This document shows positions 1-8,913 of a DNA stretch of 64,000 bases, piece by piece; positions within the stretch are counted from its first letter, which is position 1, and every line of letters starts with the position of its first letter. A model generated the notes under the pieces. It was given only the letters and a program-made list of their open reading frames with translations, was not told the DNA's origin and did no database searches. The position numbers were made by a program, and so were the translations under genes. Location of the stretch: positions 5,860 to 69,859 of the forward strand of contig JADFXQ010000003.1 in NCBI GenBank assembly GCA_015233495.1, written 5' to 3'. Source of the DNA: Candidatus Omnitrophota bacterium. GTDB lineage: Bacteria; Omnitrophota; Gorgyraeia; Zapsychrales; Zapsychraceae.

Positions 1-360
1 CATGGCTTGCGCCAATTTTCCCAAAGCGATTTTCCCTTCCGGAATCAACACAATACACTTCAGACCGCAGCGCGCCGCATAAGCCGCGGCAGACGCGGAC
101 GTGTTTCCGGTAGAAGCGCACATTACAGCTTTGGTTCCCGCTTCCAAAGCCTTTGATATAGCCATGGTCATACCGCGGTCTTTAAAAGAACCCGTCGGGT
201 TAAGACCCTCATATTTTAAATAAACCTCCAACCCGATCCGATCGGATAAATATTTCGAAGGGATCAGCGGCGTGTTTCCTTCATGTAAAGTGACGACCGG
301 TGTTGTCTCGGCAACCGGCAAATATTGCCGATAGCGATGGATGATCCCCTGCCATTTCAT
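1..360 (-). CDS. thrC: Threonine synthase, N-terminal part (gene runs off window start)
   Basis: Reverse translation from ATG at 360 gives [35 protein letters not shown]...FKDRGMT...[19 protein letters not shown]. The PLP lysine motif FKDRG and the STGNTS motif are typical of ThrC. The ATG overlaps the hom stop (ATGA). Confidence 0.8.
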   Translation of the reverse strand, partial: MKWQGIIHRYRQYLPVAETTPVVTLHEGNTPLIPSKYLSDRIGLEVYLKYEGLNPTGSFKDRGMTMAISKALEAGTKAVMCASTGNTSASAAAYAARCGLKCIVLIPEGKIALGKLAQAM

Positions 361-1652
361 TGTAATTTCTCCATGCGGATCGCGACCGGCTTGCTTTTAA
401 TCACGGATAATTGCCGGATCTGCGTAAGCGCGACGCGTAATGATTTTTCCGTAGTGTAATCCGTAAGCATAATGACCGGTACCGCCTGAGCTTTGTTATG
501 GGCTTTTTGCGCCACCGAATTTATGCCGATCTGATGACGCCCGAGAATACCGGTGATTTTGGATAATACGCCCGGCTGGTCCATTGCCATAAAACGGATA
601 TAAAATTTGGATTCGATCGCATCGATAGTCCGATACTTCAACGTGTTATCATCGTCGAACAAATTGCATAACAATGGTCTATCCGCGGACCGGGTCGCTA
701 AATTCACCAAATCACTGACCACCCCCGAAGCTGCGGCCATCTGACCGGCGCCTTCTCCGGAGATCAGCACTTTACCCAAAGGATCCGCGTCAAGATAAAC
801 CGCGTTGTAAACCCCATTGATCAAAGCTAACGGATGGTCCTTCGGGATCAGCGTCGGATGAACTCGCGCCTCTAAATCACCCCCGCTTTTTTTCGCGATG
901 GTCAACAATTTGATGACCAGACCCAAACTTTCGGCGTGATCAATGTCATCATACGAGATGTCGGTTATGCCCTCCGTGTAAATCTGTTTTACGGGTAAAA
1001 ATTTGCCAAACGCCAACGCCGTTAATACCGCTAATTTATGCGCGGAATCTCCGCCGCTAATATCCAAAGTCGGGTCGGCTTCCGCGAATCCATTTTTCTG
1101 GGCTAATTGCAAAGCGTCGGCAAATGACAAATGATTGCGGGTCATTTCGCTCAAAATAAAATTACACGTGCCATTAACAATCCCATAAATCGCGTTAAAA
1201 GTATTTCCCGCCAAACCTTCGGATATCGGCCGGATGACCGGGACCCCGGCTAAAACCGAAGTCTCAAAATAAATCGATCGCTGATTTTTCTGGGCACGCT
1301 CAAATAGGGCTTGGCCAAAATGCGCGATCAACGCCTTATTTGCGGTGATCACGTGTTTGCCCTGGTCGAGCGCGGCCTCAACAAATTCTTTTGCCGGATG
1401 CAAACCGCCGATTAACTCCACAACCACGTCAATATCTTCGGCCTGGATGATTTCGGAAGCATCGGTGGTTAACCGGGTTTTCATGCCGGGGATCAACGGA
1501 CGCTTGTCTTTAAACCGCAAATCGCAAATCGCCTTAACCTCAAACACGACCCCATATTTTTCCCGGAAATAAGCCCGTCGCGAACCGAGCATTTTAATTA
1601 CCCCCGATCCGACAATGCCATAACCCAATAAACCAATGTTTATTTTATTCAT
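357..1652 (-). CDS. hom: Homoserine dehydrogenase
   Basis: ORF 357..1685. Most likely start is [17 protein letters not shown] (NAD-binding Rossmann motif) at 1652, with AAGGGA 9 nt upstream. Internal NAD_binding_3/Homoserine_dh similarity and a C-terminal ACT-like region. 4-nt overlap with thrC start. Confidence 0.9.
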   Translation of the reverse strand: MNKINIGLLGYGIVGSGVIKMLGSRRAYFREKYGVVFEVKAICDLRFKDKRPLIPGMKTRLTTDASEIIQAEDIDVVVELIGGLHPAKEFVEAALDQGKHVITANKALIAHFGQALFERAQKNQRSIYFETSVLAGVPVIRPISEGLAGNTFNAIYGIVNGTCNFILSEMTRNHLSFADALQLAQKNGFAEADPTLDISGGDSAHKLAVLTALAFGKFLPVKQIYTEGITDISYDDIDHAESLGLVIKLLTIAKKSGGDLEARVHPTLIPKDHPLALINGVYNAVYLDADPLGKVLISGEGAGQMAAASGVVSDLVNLATRSADRPLLCNLFDDDNTLKYRTIDAIESKFYIRFMAMDQPGVLSKITGILGRHQIGINSVAQKAHNKAQAVPVIMLTDYTTEKSLRVALTQIRQLSVIKSKPVAIRMEKLQ

Positions 1653-2013
1653 AGCGCTTTTTCCCTTCATTGAGGAAAAATTCAATCAATTGAGTCAAGA
1701 TAACCTCTGTCTCCGGCTTAAGACCCGAAAACGCCAAACGCGTCTCATAAAGCATGCCTTTGACTTTCGGGTGGGACTCGAGAACATGCCCGGTTAAATA
1801 GGTTTTATCCGCAACGTACGGCGTTTTGAGGTCTACACCCAATTGAACGCCGGGAGTCAAATCCTGGCTGGAAACAAAACAAATGCCCCCCAAACTGATA
1901 TTTTTTAACTGCGTGATCTCAAATTTACGGCTCGGGTCATCCAAAAGGCAATAGGACAAAATGAAAGTTTTTTTAACTCGCGCATATCGTCGACGATCCG
2001 TTTGATTTTCCAT
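1645..2013 (-). CDS. PilZ-domain protein (c-di-GMP receptor)
   Basis: RRxxxR motif (RRRYARV) and D/NxSxGG motif (NISLGGICF) typical of PilZ. Start chosen at MENQTD (2013) because GGGAGGG sits 5 nt upstream; the longer ORF start at 2049 is possible. Confidence 0.7.
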   Translation of the reverse strand: MENQTDRRRYARVKKTFILSYCLLDDPSRKFEITQLKNISLGGICFVSSQDLTPGVQLGVDLKTPYVADKTYLTGHVLESHPKVKGMLYETRLAFSGLKPETEVILTQLIEFFLNEGKKRYE

Positions 2014-2116
2014 GCGACCCTCCCTGATTTCATGTCTCGGGACACCCATTTAATTTAATTTTATGATTGGGCGCCTCATTGCTTTCCAAAATGTGCCCAG
2101 ACGCTGACCTTGCCTG

Positions 2117-2177
2117 TCCCCGTAAGGGGATGTCGGCCCGTTACGCCGGGCGGACACCTGCCGGCCGGCAGGTGTCC
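2117..2177 (-). other. Cluster of three GC-rich stem-loops between tRNA-Pro and the PilZ gene (tccccgtaagggga; gcccg-ttacgc-cgggc; perfect 26-nt palindrome ggacacctgccgg/ccggcaggtgtcc)
   Basis: Inverted repeats read directly from the sequence. No U-tract follows on either strand, so this is not a canonical intrinsic terminator. Possibly a processing or structured leader element. Confidence 0.4.
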
Positions 2178-2192
2178 GTTCCTAAGCATAAA

Positions 2193-2266
2193 TCGGAGCG
2201 GTGAGATTTGAACCCACGACCTCTTGAACCCCATTCAAGTGCGCTAGCCAACTGCGCTACGCTCCG
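2193..2266 (-). tRNA. tRNA-Pro (anticodon GGG)
   Basis: Reverse complement folds as a cloverleaf. Acceptor CGGAGCG/CGCTCCG, D-arm GCGC-AGTTGGCTA-GCGC, anticodon stem CTTGA/TCAAG with loop ATGGGGT (G37), T-arm GTGGG-TTCAAAT-CTCAC, discriminator A. CCA is not encoded. Confidence 0.85.
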
Positions 2267-2342
2267 CAAAATCTTCCTTACAAATAGGCAAAATGGTATG
2301 TAATTATATAAAAAAAGGGATCAAAGATCAAGAAGGATTGCT

Positions 2343-3353
2343 TTATTCCGCCTTCATTTTCCGGGTCATCAAAGCGGCTACCGCGGCAAGGGGACTTTTC
2401 TTGCGGTAGATGATCCGATACATTTCAGTGGTAATGGGCATATCAATTTTAAGTTTTTGGCTGAGGGGGTACACGGCTTTCACCGTTTCCACACCTTCGG
2501 CCACCATCTTCATGGACGATAAAATGTCTTGGATTTTCCGTCCTTGACCTAATTGTTCTCCAACGGTTCGGTTGCGGCTTTGCGGATTAAAGGCCGTAGT
2601 TATCAAATCTCCCAAACCGCTTAACCCGGAAAACGTATTGGATTTTGCGCCAAAAGCCTTACCCAGACGAATCATTTCGGGCAAGGCCCGCGTCATTAAC
2701 GCCGCTTTAGTATTGGTGCCAAATCCCAAACCATCGCAAACCCCGCATGCCAACGCCATTACATTCTTCAAACTCCCGCCCAACTCAACGCCGATAACAT
2801 CGGTATTGGTATAAACCCGAAAATATTCCGAATTGAAAACCGCTTGCACGGTTTGAGCCGCGCTGCTTTGCCTGCTGGCCGCCACCGCCGTAGAGGGAAT
2901 TTCGCGGACAACCTCACCGGCGATATTCGGCCCGGATAAAACAACAATCCGCGCCGGTCCCAATTCTTTTTCAATCAAACGCGAAATCGGCAGCAAATTT
3001 TTCGTGTCAATCCCTTTGGTAACACTGATGAAAATCTTTTTTGAAAATTCGACTTTCGTGGCGGCCATTTTGCGCAAAACAGCGTGCGCGAACCGAGAAG
3101 GAATCGCGAAAACAATCATCTGCGCAGTTGTCAACGCCATGGCAAGATCTGCTTCAATAAGAATATTTTCCGGCAATCGAATCCCCGGAAGAAAACGGCT
3201 GTTAATCCGGGTCGCCTGCATTTCCTTTAACGCGGCGGGAAACGGCCCCCACAAACGCAGCCGGCAGCCCTTTTTTGCCAAATGCACCGCAAGAGTTGTT
3301 CCCCATCCGCCATCACCAATGACCGAAATATTTTTGCTGTCCCGATTGTTCAT
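2343..3353 (-). CDS. gpsA: NAD(P)H-dependent glycerol-3-phosphate dehydrogenase
   Basis: N-terminal ISVIGDGGWGTTLAVHLAKKG Rossmann motif. Full-length (336 aa) GpsA-like sequence including the GLGDLITT region. Confidence 0.9.
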   Translation of the reverse strand: MNNRDSKNISVIGDGGWGTTLAVHLAKKGCRLRLWGPFPAALKEMQATRINSRFLPGIRLPENILIEADLAMALTTAQMIVFAIPSRFAHAVLRKMAATKVEFSKKIFISVTKGIDTKNLLPISRLIEKELGPARIVVLSGPNIAGEVVREIPSTAVAASRQSSAAQTVQAVFNSEYFRVYTNTDVIGVELGGSLKNVMALACGVCDGLGFGTNTKAALMTRALPEMIRLGKAFGAKSNTFSGLSGLGDLITTAFNPQSRNRTVGEQLGQGRKIQDILSSMKMVAEGVETVKAVYPLSQKLKIDMPITTEMYRIIYRKKSPLAAVAALMTRKMKAE

Positions 3354-3356
3354 ATA

Positions 3357-4061
3357 TCATTTCCAATAAATGATTTCCCGAAAAACCTGCCACATATAAG
3401 CCGCGCCCCATTTCCAAACTTGCAACTTGCGTTCTCCGCCTTCGCGCGCGGGTTCATCACCGGGAATTTCCGCGATTTTCAAACCCCGCTTAGCCGCGCG
3501 GATCGACAATAACGGTTCCCAGCTGATGCGCGTCTTGAATAATTTTTCTTCAAAAGCATAACTGGCTTCTTGATCCAAACCCAATTCTTTAACCAGATCC
3601 GTCCGGTAAATTCGATAAATCACCATCGCGTCGGTGTACCTTTGCCCGTGGATCAAACTGATCAGCGTCGAAAAAAGCCAATTGCCAAACGCAGTGATCG
3701 CATCGTCGTCATAACTTTTGGCGCCCGGAGCGTAACGCGACACAATCACCATATCATAACCCTCTTTAATCTTGGCGATCGCTACCGGGATCAGTTCGGG
3801 AATCGAATTTCCATCCGGGCTGAACGACAAAACATAATCGCCTTTAATATGCGGCCAGGCTTCCATATATCCCTGACGCAAACCTTTTTTTTGCTGGATA
3901 ACCACGTCATATCCCTGTTGCCGGGCGTATTCCGCGGTGCCATCGGTCGACTGCCCATCTAAAACCAAAATTTGATCTGCCCAGGAGCGGTCTACCCGCG
4001 GCATAATGGTTTTCATACCGTCGATTTCATTCAACGTTGGAATAAAAAGGGTCACTTTCAT
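3357..4061 (-). CDS. Family 2 glycosyltransferase (polyprenyl-phosphate sugar synthase-like, DPM1/GtrB type)
   Basis: ORF 3357..4106. Start taken at MKVTLFIPTLNE (AAGGAGAT RBS upstream). PTLNE, LVLDGQSTDGT and DxD-like motifs typical of small GT2 enzymes. Confidence 0.75.
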   Translation of the reverse strand: MKVTLFIPTLNEIDGMKTIMPRVDRSWADQILVLDGQSTDGTAEYARQQGYDVVIQQKKGLRQGYMEAWPHIKGDYVLSFSPDGNSIPELIPVAIAKIKEGYDMVIVSRYAPGAKSYDDDAITAFGNWLFSTLISLIHGQRYTDAMVIYRIYRTDLVKELGLDQEASYAFEEKLFKTRISWEPLLSIRAAKRGLKIAEIPGDEPAREGGERKLQVWKWGAAYMWQVFREIIYWK

Positions 4062-4344
4062 AGGGTTTCCGATCTCCTTATGATTATTTTCCGGCAGTGC
4101 CGCCATGAGACACCCTGGCTACGGCCGTTTAAGAACGTATCAAATATGATTTATCGACCATCTTTTGTCAACAGTTTATTAAAAAACCTCCTTTACACAA
4201 AATTTAAAATGTGGTATAAGTTACTTCCTTTAGAGTAGTCTTGAAATTCAAAATTCGAGATTGGATCGCAATCGAACCGGGCGCTTTTCAAATTTCGAAT
4301 CTCAAATATCGATTGCTCTATGAATTTTGCGCAGCAAAATTCCT

Positions 4345-4417
4345 GCTGGCGTAGCTCAGTTGGTAGAGCAGCTGACTTGTAATCAGCGGGTCGGGGGTTC
4401 AACTCCTCTCGCCAGCT
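4345..4417 (+). tRNA. tRNA-Thr (anticodon TGT)
   Basis: Acceptor GCTGGCG/CGCCAGC, D-arm GCTC-AGTTGGTA-GAGC, anticodon stem GCTGA/TCAGC with loop CTTGTAA, T-loop TTCAACT. Confidence 0.8.
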
Positions 4418-4655
4418 TAAAATAAATTTAGTTACCCCCGACCCAAGGGGGTATGGGGGATTCATCCCCCATGATTTTGGGGTGACAGGGAGCAAAGCGA
4501 CCGCCAGAGGGGCAGAGCCCCTATGGGGAGGAGCGCGCCAGAGCGAGCGACGACCGGTCGGGGGTTCAACTCCTCTCCCCAGCTTAAAATAAATTTAGTT
4601 ACCCCCGACCCAAGGGGGTATGGGGGATTCATCCCCCATGATTTTGGGGTGACAG
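4389..4655 (+). repeat. Tandem direct repeat. Two 100-bp copies (4389-4488 and 4556-4655, 1 mismatch) containing the 3' 29 nt of tRNA-Thr plus ~70 bp of downstream terminator hairpins, separated by a 67-bp GC-rich spacer
   Basis: Copies aligned by eye: gtcgggggttcaactcctct[c/g]ccagcttaaaataaatttagttacccccgacccaagggggtatgggggattcatcccccatgattttggggtgacag. Copy 2 is a partial (pseudo) tRNA 3' end. Confidence 0.85.
4453..4482 (+). terminator. Intrinsic terminator-like hairpin (atgggggat-tc-atcccccat) followed by gaTTTTgggg
   Basis: Perfect 9-bp inverted repeat followed by a T-tract, located downstream of tRNA-Thr. Preceded by a second hairpin acccccgacccaagggggt. Confidence 0.55.
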
Positions 4656-4666
4656 TGTTTTTTCAA
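4620..4666 (+). terminator. Second copy of the same hairpin followed by gtgTTTTTTcaa
   Basis: Identical palindrome in repeat copy 2, here followed by a longer T6 run. Confidence 0.55.
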
Positions 4667-4673
4667 ATTTCTT

Positions 4674-4756
4674 GGGTAGGTACTCAAGTGGCCAAAGAGG
4701 ACAGACTGTAAATCTGTTGCGCTTGCGCTTCGGAGGTTCGAATCCTCCCCTGCCCA
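4674..4756 (+). tRNA. tRNA-Tyr (anticodon GTA), long variable arm
   Basis: Acceptor GGGTAGG/CCTGCCC (one G-U), anticodon stem ACAGA/TCTGT with loop CTGTAAA, extended variable arm, T-arm GGAGG-TTCGAAT-CCTCC, discriminator A. Confidence 0.8.
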
Positions 4757-4770
4757 TTAAATTTAAAATA

Positions 4771-4795
4771 TGGTAACGGAAGGATTCGAACCTCC
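4771..4795 (-). other. Orphan tRNA 3'-end fragment on the opposite strand (GGAGG-TTCGAAT-CCTTC + CGTTACC + A)
   Basis: Reverse complement of tggtaacggaaggattcgaacctcc gives a T-arm with the canonical TTCGAAT loop plus a 7-nt acceptor half. No matching 5' half is present. Confidence 0.45.
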
Positions 4796-4809
4796 TTTCA
4801 AATTTTTTC

Positions 4810-4880
4810 GCGAGAGTAGTTCAGTGGCAGAACACGAGCCTTCCAAGCTTGAAACGACGGTTCGATTCCGTTCTCTCGCT
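4810..4880 (+). tRNA. tRNA-Gly (anticodon TCC)
   Basis: Acceptor GCGAGAG/CTCTCGC, D-arm GTTC-AGTGGCA-GAAC, anticodon stem CGAGC/GCTTG with loop CTTCCAA, T-arm GACGG-TTCGATT-CCGTT. Confidence 0.8.
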
Positions 4881-4935
4881 CTTTAAAATAATCGAAATCC
4901 TCTGTCTTCCCGCGCGAACCGATCCTAAGACCGCT

Positions 4936-6597
4936 ATGTTGACGCATTTAACTATTCACAATTTCGGACTGATTGATCAAGTAAATTTCGAATTTGATTC
5001 CCATCTTAATATCCTTACCGGTGAAACCGGCGCCGGCAAATCCATTATTATTGACGCTCTAAGAATTGTTTTAGGCGAAAGATTATCGGCTTCCCAAATC
5101 CGCGATGCGGCCAAGCCTTGCTTTATTGAAGCCGTGTTTGAATTAAATTTAAAACAATTTGAACCTCTCGCCGCTTTTGAAGATTTTTTGACCGAAGGAG
5201 CTTCGCTGATTATTCAACGCACCTTTGCCAGCGACGGAAAAAATAAAATTAAAATCAACGGGCTTTCCGCCACAGTCAGCCAATTGAAAGAAATCGGCGA
5301 TCATTTGATCGATTTCCACGGCCCGCACGACCATCAATTACTCTTGGCTGAAAGTCAGCATATCCGCATACTGGATCGGATGATTGATTTTAAGGAAACC
5401 CTCCCGGTTTATACCCGGCAGTTTTCCACCCACGAAAAAATCAAACAACAATTAGCCGCGCTTAAGGAACTATCCCATTCCAGCGCCCGGGAAAAAGATT
5501 TTCTCGAGCATCAGGTCAAAGAACTCAGTCAAGTCCCTCTGGAAGCATCCGTGTTTGAATCCTTGAAACAAGAACGCTCCAAAATAAATAATGTGGAACG
5601 TTTGAGTGCTTGCCTCCACGAAATATTCGGGCTGTTCGATAACGAAGAAACCAGCCCGGCAGAAATCATCCGCCAGATATTCCGGCCTTTACGGCAATTG
5701 AATGAAATCGATCCCTCCACGTCCGGGCTGGCGGGTTTGCTCGACCAGAGCCAAAACGTTCTCAGTCAGTTCAGCGATGAAATTCATAGCTACAGCGAGC
5801 ATCTGTACTTTGATCCGCAAACTGCCCAAACCATCAACGATCAATACGACATTTACGAAAATATTTTAAAAAAATACGGCCCGACCTTTGCGCAGGCGCA
5901 AAAATTATTCGCGGAAGTCCGTCAAAAATTCGACCTCTTGAATAATTTGGAGCACAATGATCAAGACTTGCAACTCCAACTGCTTGCCGCAGAAGAAACT
6001 CTAAAAAAATCTTCTCAAGAATTGACTAAAAAACGCCGCAAAGCCGCGGACCAATTGAAATCCACCATTGAAAAAGAACTCAGTGAACTCGGAATCCCGC
6101 ACGTCCGTTTTGACGTAAAAATCGAAAAAACCGAATTTCACAATCAAGGAGCAGACCGCGTAATATTTTACATCAGCCCGAACGCCGGCGAAGACCTAAA
6201 ACCTTTAGCCGACATCGTATCTTCCGGTGAAGCGGCTCGGGTCATGCTGGCCTTGAAAAAAGCGCTGATCAAAGTCGACCCCATTCCCGTGCTTATTTTC
6301 GATGAAATCGACGCCCAGATCGGCGGCAGGCTGGGCTCTATTACCGGAGCTAAATTACGCGAAATCGCCCAAGTCCGGCAAGTCATTTTAATCACCCATC
6401 TACCCCAAATCGCCGCTTTTGCTGACATCCACCTCAAAGTAGTGAAATCCGTGGAAAAGGGCCGCGCTCTCACCCGGGTAGATTCCTTAGATAAAACCGC
6501 ACGGATAAATGAACTCGCCAAAATGATGAGCGGCGAAAAACAAACCGAAATCGCGGTCAAACACGCGCAAGATCTTCTAAAACGCGCAAAAGGTTAA
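4936..6597 (+). CDS. recN: DNA repair protein RecN
   Basis: Start at MLTHLTIHNFGLI just after tRNA-Gly. Walker A LTGETGAGKS, 553 aa, SMC-like coiled-coil middle section, C-terminal signature/Walker B region (LIFDEIDAQIGG). Confidence 0.9.
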   Translation: MLTHLTIHNFGLIDQVNFEFDSHLNILTGETGAGKSIIIDALRIVLGERLSASQIRDAAKPCFIEAVFELNLKQFEPLAAFEDFLTEGASLIIQRTFASDGKNKIKINGLSATVSQLKEIGDHLIDFHGPHDHQLLLAESQHIRILDRMIDFKETLPVYTRQFSTHEKIKQQLAALKELSHSSAREKDFLEHQVKELSQVPLEASVFESLKQERSKINNVERLSACLHEIFGLFDNEETSPAEIIRQIFRPLRQLNEIDPSTSGLAGLLDQSQNVLSQFSDEIHSYSEHLYFDPQTAQTINDQYDIYENILKKYGPTFAQAQKLFAEVRQKFDLLNNLEHNDQDLQLQLLAAEETLKKSSQELTKKRRKAADQLKSTIEKELSELGIPHVRFDVKIEKTEFHNQGADRVIFYISPNAGEDLKPLADIVSSGEAARVMLALKKALIKVDPIPVLIFDEIDAQIGGRLGSITGAKLREIAQVRQVILITHLPQIAAFADIHLKVVKSVEKGRALTRVDSLDKTARINELAKMMSGEKQTEIAVKHAQDLLKRAKG

Positions 6598-6727
6598 AGA
6601 ATGGATTGATTTTTGCTTTTTGTGTGTTAAGTTAATCCATAAAGATTAAATTATTTTGTTTAAGCCAAAGCCTTGGTTTCGCAGCAGCGCAACCGACGCT
6701 TTAAAGAAAACTATTAAAGGAGCTAAC

Positions 6728-7942
6728 ATGAAAAAAATCGGGATTATCACCAGCGGCGGAGATTGCGGCGGTTTAAACGCGGTCATCAAAGGCGCGGCGC
6801 AAATGGCGCATTCCTACGGAGCGGCCTGTTACGTGATCCCCAATGGTTATGCCGGCCTTTACAATTTGCTGGAATTTGATTCCTTGGTGGAATTGACTGC
6901 AGACCGTATCGACTCGGTCAACGCCAATGCCGCTGGCTCCGAAGCCGGACATTCGCGGGTCAAGGTCAAGAACATCAAAGACGAAAAAAAATACGACCGC
7001 ATAAAACAAGGCTTGAATAAATTCGGCATTGAAGGCTTAGTCATCAGCGGCGGAGACGATTCCGGAAGCGTTATGGTCGACTTATCCGAAAACGGAATCA
7101 AATGCATCCATGCCCCCAAAACCATGGACCTCGATCTGCAAACCTATTCCGTCGGATTTGATTCAACGGTCAACCGCATCGCGACTTTTGCCGAAGATAT
7201 TAAAACCACCGGCCGAACCCATAACCGGATTATTGTCATGGAAGTGTTCGGCCGTTACGCCGGACACACCGCGTTTCGCGCCGGGATCGCCGCGGACGCG
7301 GACGCCATCCTTATACCCGAAATCCCGGTGGATTTTGACGCGCTCTACGAACATTGCAAAAAAATCTATACCCGCCGGGTAATGACCAGCGACGTGCGCG
7401 CCGGCACCTACCTCATTCTGGTAGCTGAAGGTTTACGCAACGCTAACGGCGAAGAACTATATGACGAGGCTGCCGGAATAGACGCCTTTGGCCATAAAAA
7501 ATTGGCGGGCGCCGGTATTTACGTGCAAAACGAATTGTCAAAACGGTTTAAAAACGATCCCACGATCAAGGCTTTCATGCAAGAATCAAAAATGTATGTC
7601 GAAGGGATTTATGAAAAACCGGAAGTCCGCACTGTAACCCCTGGACATTTGGTGCGTTGCGGACGGTCTTCGGTTTATGACGTGAATTTCGGCAAGGAAG
7701 CCGGCGCGGGCGCCGTGGTGCTTTTGCAAAGCGGGTTAAGCGGATTTACAGTCACCGGTTTCAGCCAAGGAAAAATCGGTTATATCCCGGCAAAAGAAGC
7801 GATTAAACAAAGACACGTGGAAGCGGAAACCGCGGCCTATTACGAAAAAATGGGCGTCTGTTTCGGCCGCAAACCGCCGCAAGTCGCGGCGCCGGGCTTT
7901 GCGCAAAAAACCGGTCAAATCGAAAGATACTTGAGCATATAG
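6728..7942 (+). CDS. 6-phosphofructokinase (PFK-A family; ATP- or PPi-dependent type not resolved)
   Basis: Start MKKIGIITSGGDCGGLNAV with AAGGAG RBS. GGDGS-type motif ISGGDDSGS and substrate-binding MGR-like region. Confidence 0.8.
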   Translation: MKKIGIITSGGDCGGLNAVIKGAAQMAHSYGAACYVIPNGYAGLYNLLEFDSLVELTADRIDSVNANAAGSEAGHSRVKVKNIKDEKKYDRIKQGLNKFGIEGLVISGGDDSGSVMVDLSENGIKCIHAPKTMDLDLQTYSVGFDSTVNRIATFAEDIKTTGRTHNRIIVMEVFGRYAGHTAFRAGIAADADAILIPEIPVDFDALYEHCKKIYTRRVMTSDVRAGTYLILVAEGLRNANGEELYDEAAGIDAFGHKKLAGAGIYVQNELSKRFKNDPTIKAFMQESKMYVEGIYEKPEVRTVTPGHLVRCGRSSVYDVNFGKEAGAGAVVLLQSGLSGFTVTGFSQGKIGYIPAKEAIKQRHVEAETAAYYEKMGVCFGRKPPQVAAPGFAQKTGQIERYLSI

Positions 7943-7953
7943 GTTATTAAATC

Positions 7954-8913
7954 ATGCAAAAAAGACTCTTTGTCGGAATTGACGTCGGCGGGACCAAAAT
8001 CGCCGCGGGTCTGGTTACTCCCGCCGGTAAAATTTTGGCCCGGGCCAAAACCGCGACGCCCCCTCGGTCAACCGCAGCCCAAGTCATCCGCTGCGTTGAT
8101 CTTCTCCTGAAAGAAATGTTCGCCTCCAGCGGTATGCAGCTTAAGAATCTCTCCGGTATCGGCATCGGCATCCCCGGAATCATGGACGCGCAAGGCAAGG
8201 TAATCCGCACGCCAAATATGCGCTTGACAGGCGCGCCGCTCGCTAAACTTTTAGCCGCAAAATTCAAAGTCAAAATTGCCTTAGGCAATGACGCCAACCT
8301 GGGCGCGCTAGGCGAAAAATGGCTGGGCGCCGCCCGGGAAGCCAAAAACATCGTCGGAATATTTGCCGGGACAGGTATTGGGGCCGGGGTCATTATCGAT
8401 AATCGTCTCTTTACCGGAAGCCATGGCGCGGGAGCCGAGTTGGGCCATATGATCATCCGCGACCAAGGCCCAAAATGCGGCTGCGGAAATCAGGGATGCT
8501 TAGAATCTTTAACCGGCCGCTGGGCGATGGAAAGAGATATCAAAAAATCGCTGGCTGCAGGAAAAACCACCCGGGTAAAAAAATTGAGTCATCGCAAAAA
8601 TCAACCCATTAAAAGCGGCATCCTCCGTGAAGCAATCGCCAAAAAAGACCCTTTAGTCTTAAAAATCATGGCCGAAGCCTCCCGTCAGTTAGGTATCGCC
8701 TGCATCTCAGTGCGGCATATTTTTGACCCGGAAATGATTGTTTTAGGCGGGGGCGTTATCGAAGCTTGCGGCCATTTCATTCTGCCGATAGTCAACAAAA
8801 CTTTCCAAAAAAATAAATTCTTTTCCGGAATCGGCCGCTGCGATATTGTCGCGTCCAAACTGGGAGACGACGCGATTATTTTAGGGGCAGTTTATTTGGT
8901 GCGTCAATCCTGA
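7954..8913 (+). CDS. ROK-family glucokinase
   Basis: N-terminal GIDVGGTKI ATP-binding motif and ROK zinc motif CGCGNQGCLE. Confidence 0.8.
   Translation: MQKRLFVGIDVGGTKIAAGLVTPAGKILARAKTATPPRSTAAQVIRCVDLLLKEMFASSGMQLKNLSGIGIGIPGIMDAQGKVIRTPNMRLTGAPLAKLLAAKFKVKIALGNDANLGALGEKWLGAAREAKNIVGIFAGTGIGAGVIIDNRLFTGSHGAGAELGHMIIRDQGPKCGCGNQGCLESLTGRWAMERDIKKSLAAGKTTRVKKLSHRKNQPIKSGILREAIAKKDPLVLKIMAEASRQLGIACISVRHIFDPEMIVLGGGVIEACGHFILPIVNKTFQKNKFFSGIGRCDIVASKLGDDAIILGAVYLVRQS

Noticed and set aside
4193-4495. 100-aa ORF on the minus strand overlapping tRNA-Thr (contains ...ELNPRPADYKSAALPTELRQQ...)
   Set aside because: This is the well-known spurious translation of the antisense strand of a tRNA gene. 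It overlaps an intact tRNA and the repeat.
4389-4655. Possible CRISPR array
   Set aside because: Only two copies of a 100-bp unit derived from a tRNA 3' end. This is not a short repeat-spacer array, and there are no cas genes.
4523-4711. 62-aa plus-strand ORF inside the tandem repeat/terminator region
   Set aside because: It lies entirely within the duplicated hairpin sequence between the tRNAs. There is no RBS and no coding signal.
6598-6727. recN terminator (aatggatt...aatccat)
   Set aside because: The 7-8-bp stem has a 24-nt loop and lacks a clean T-tract. Not confidently a terminator.
7947-8456. 169-aa ORF antisense to the glucokinase gene
   Set aside because: It is fully embedded in a well-supported ROK glucokinase on the other strand. 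Its Pro/Ala/Arg-rich composition is typical of antisense GC-rich artefacts.
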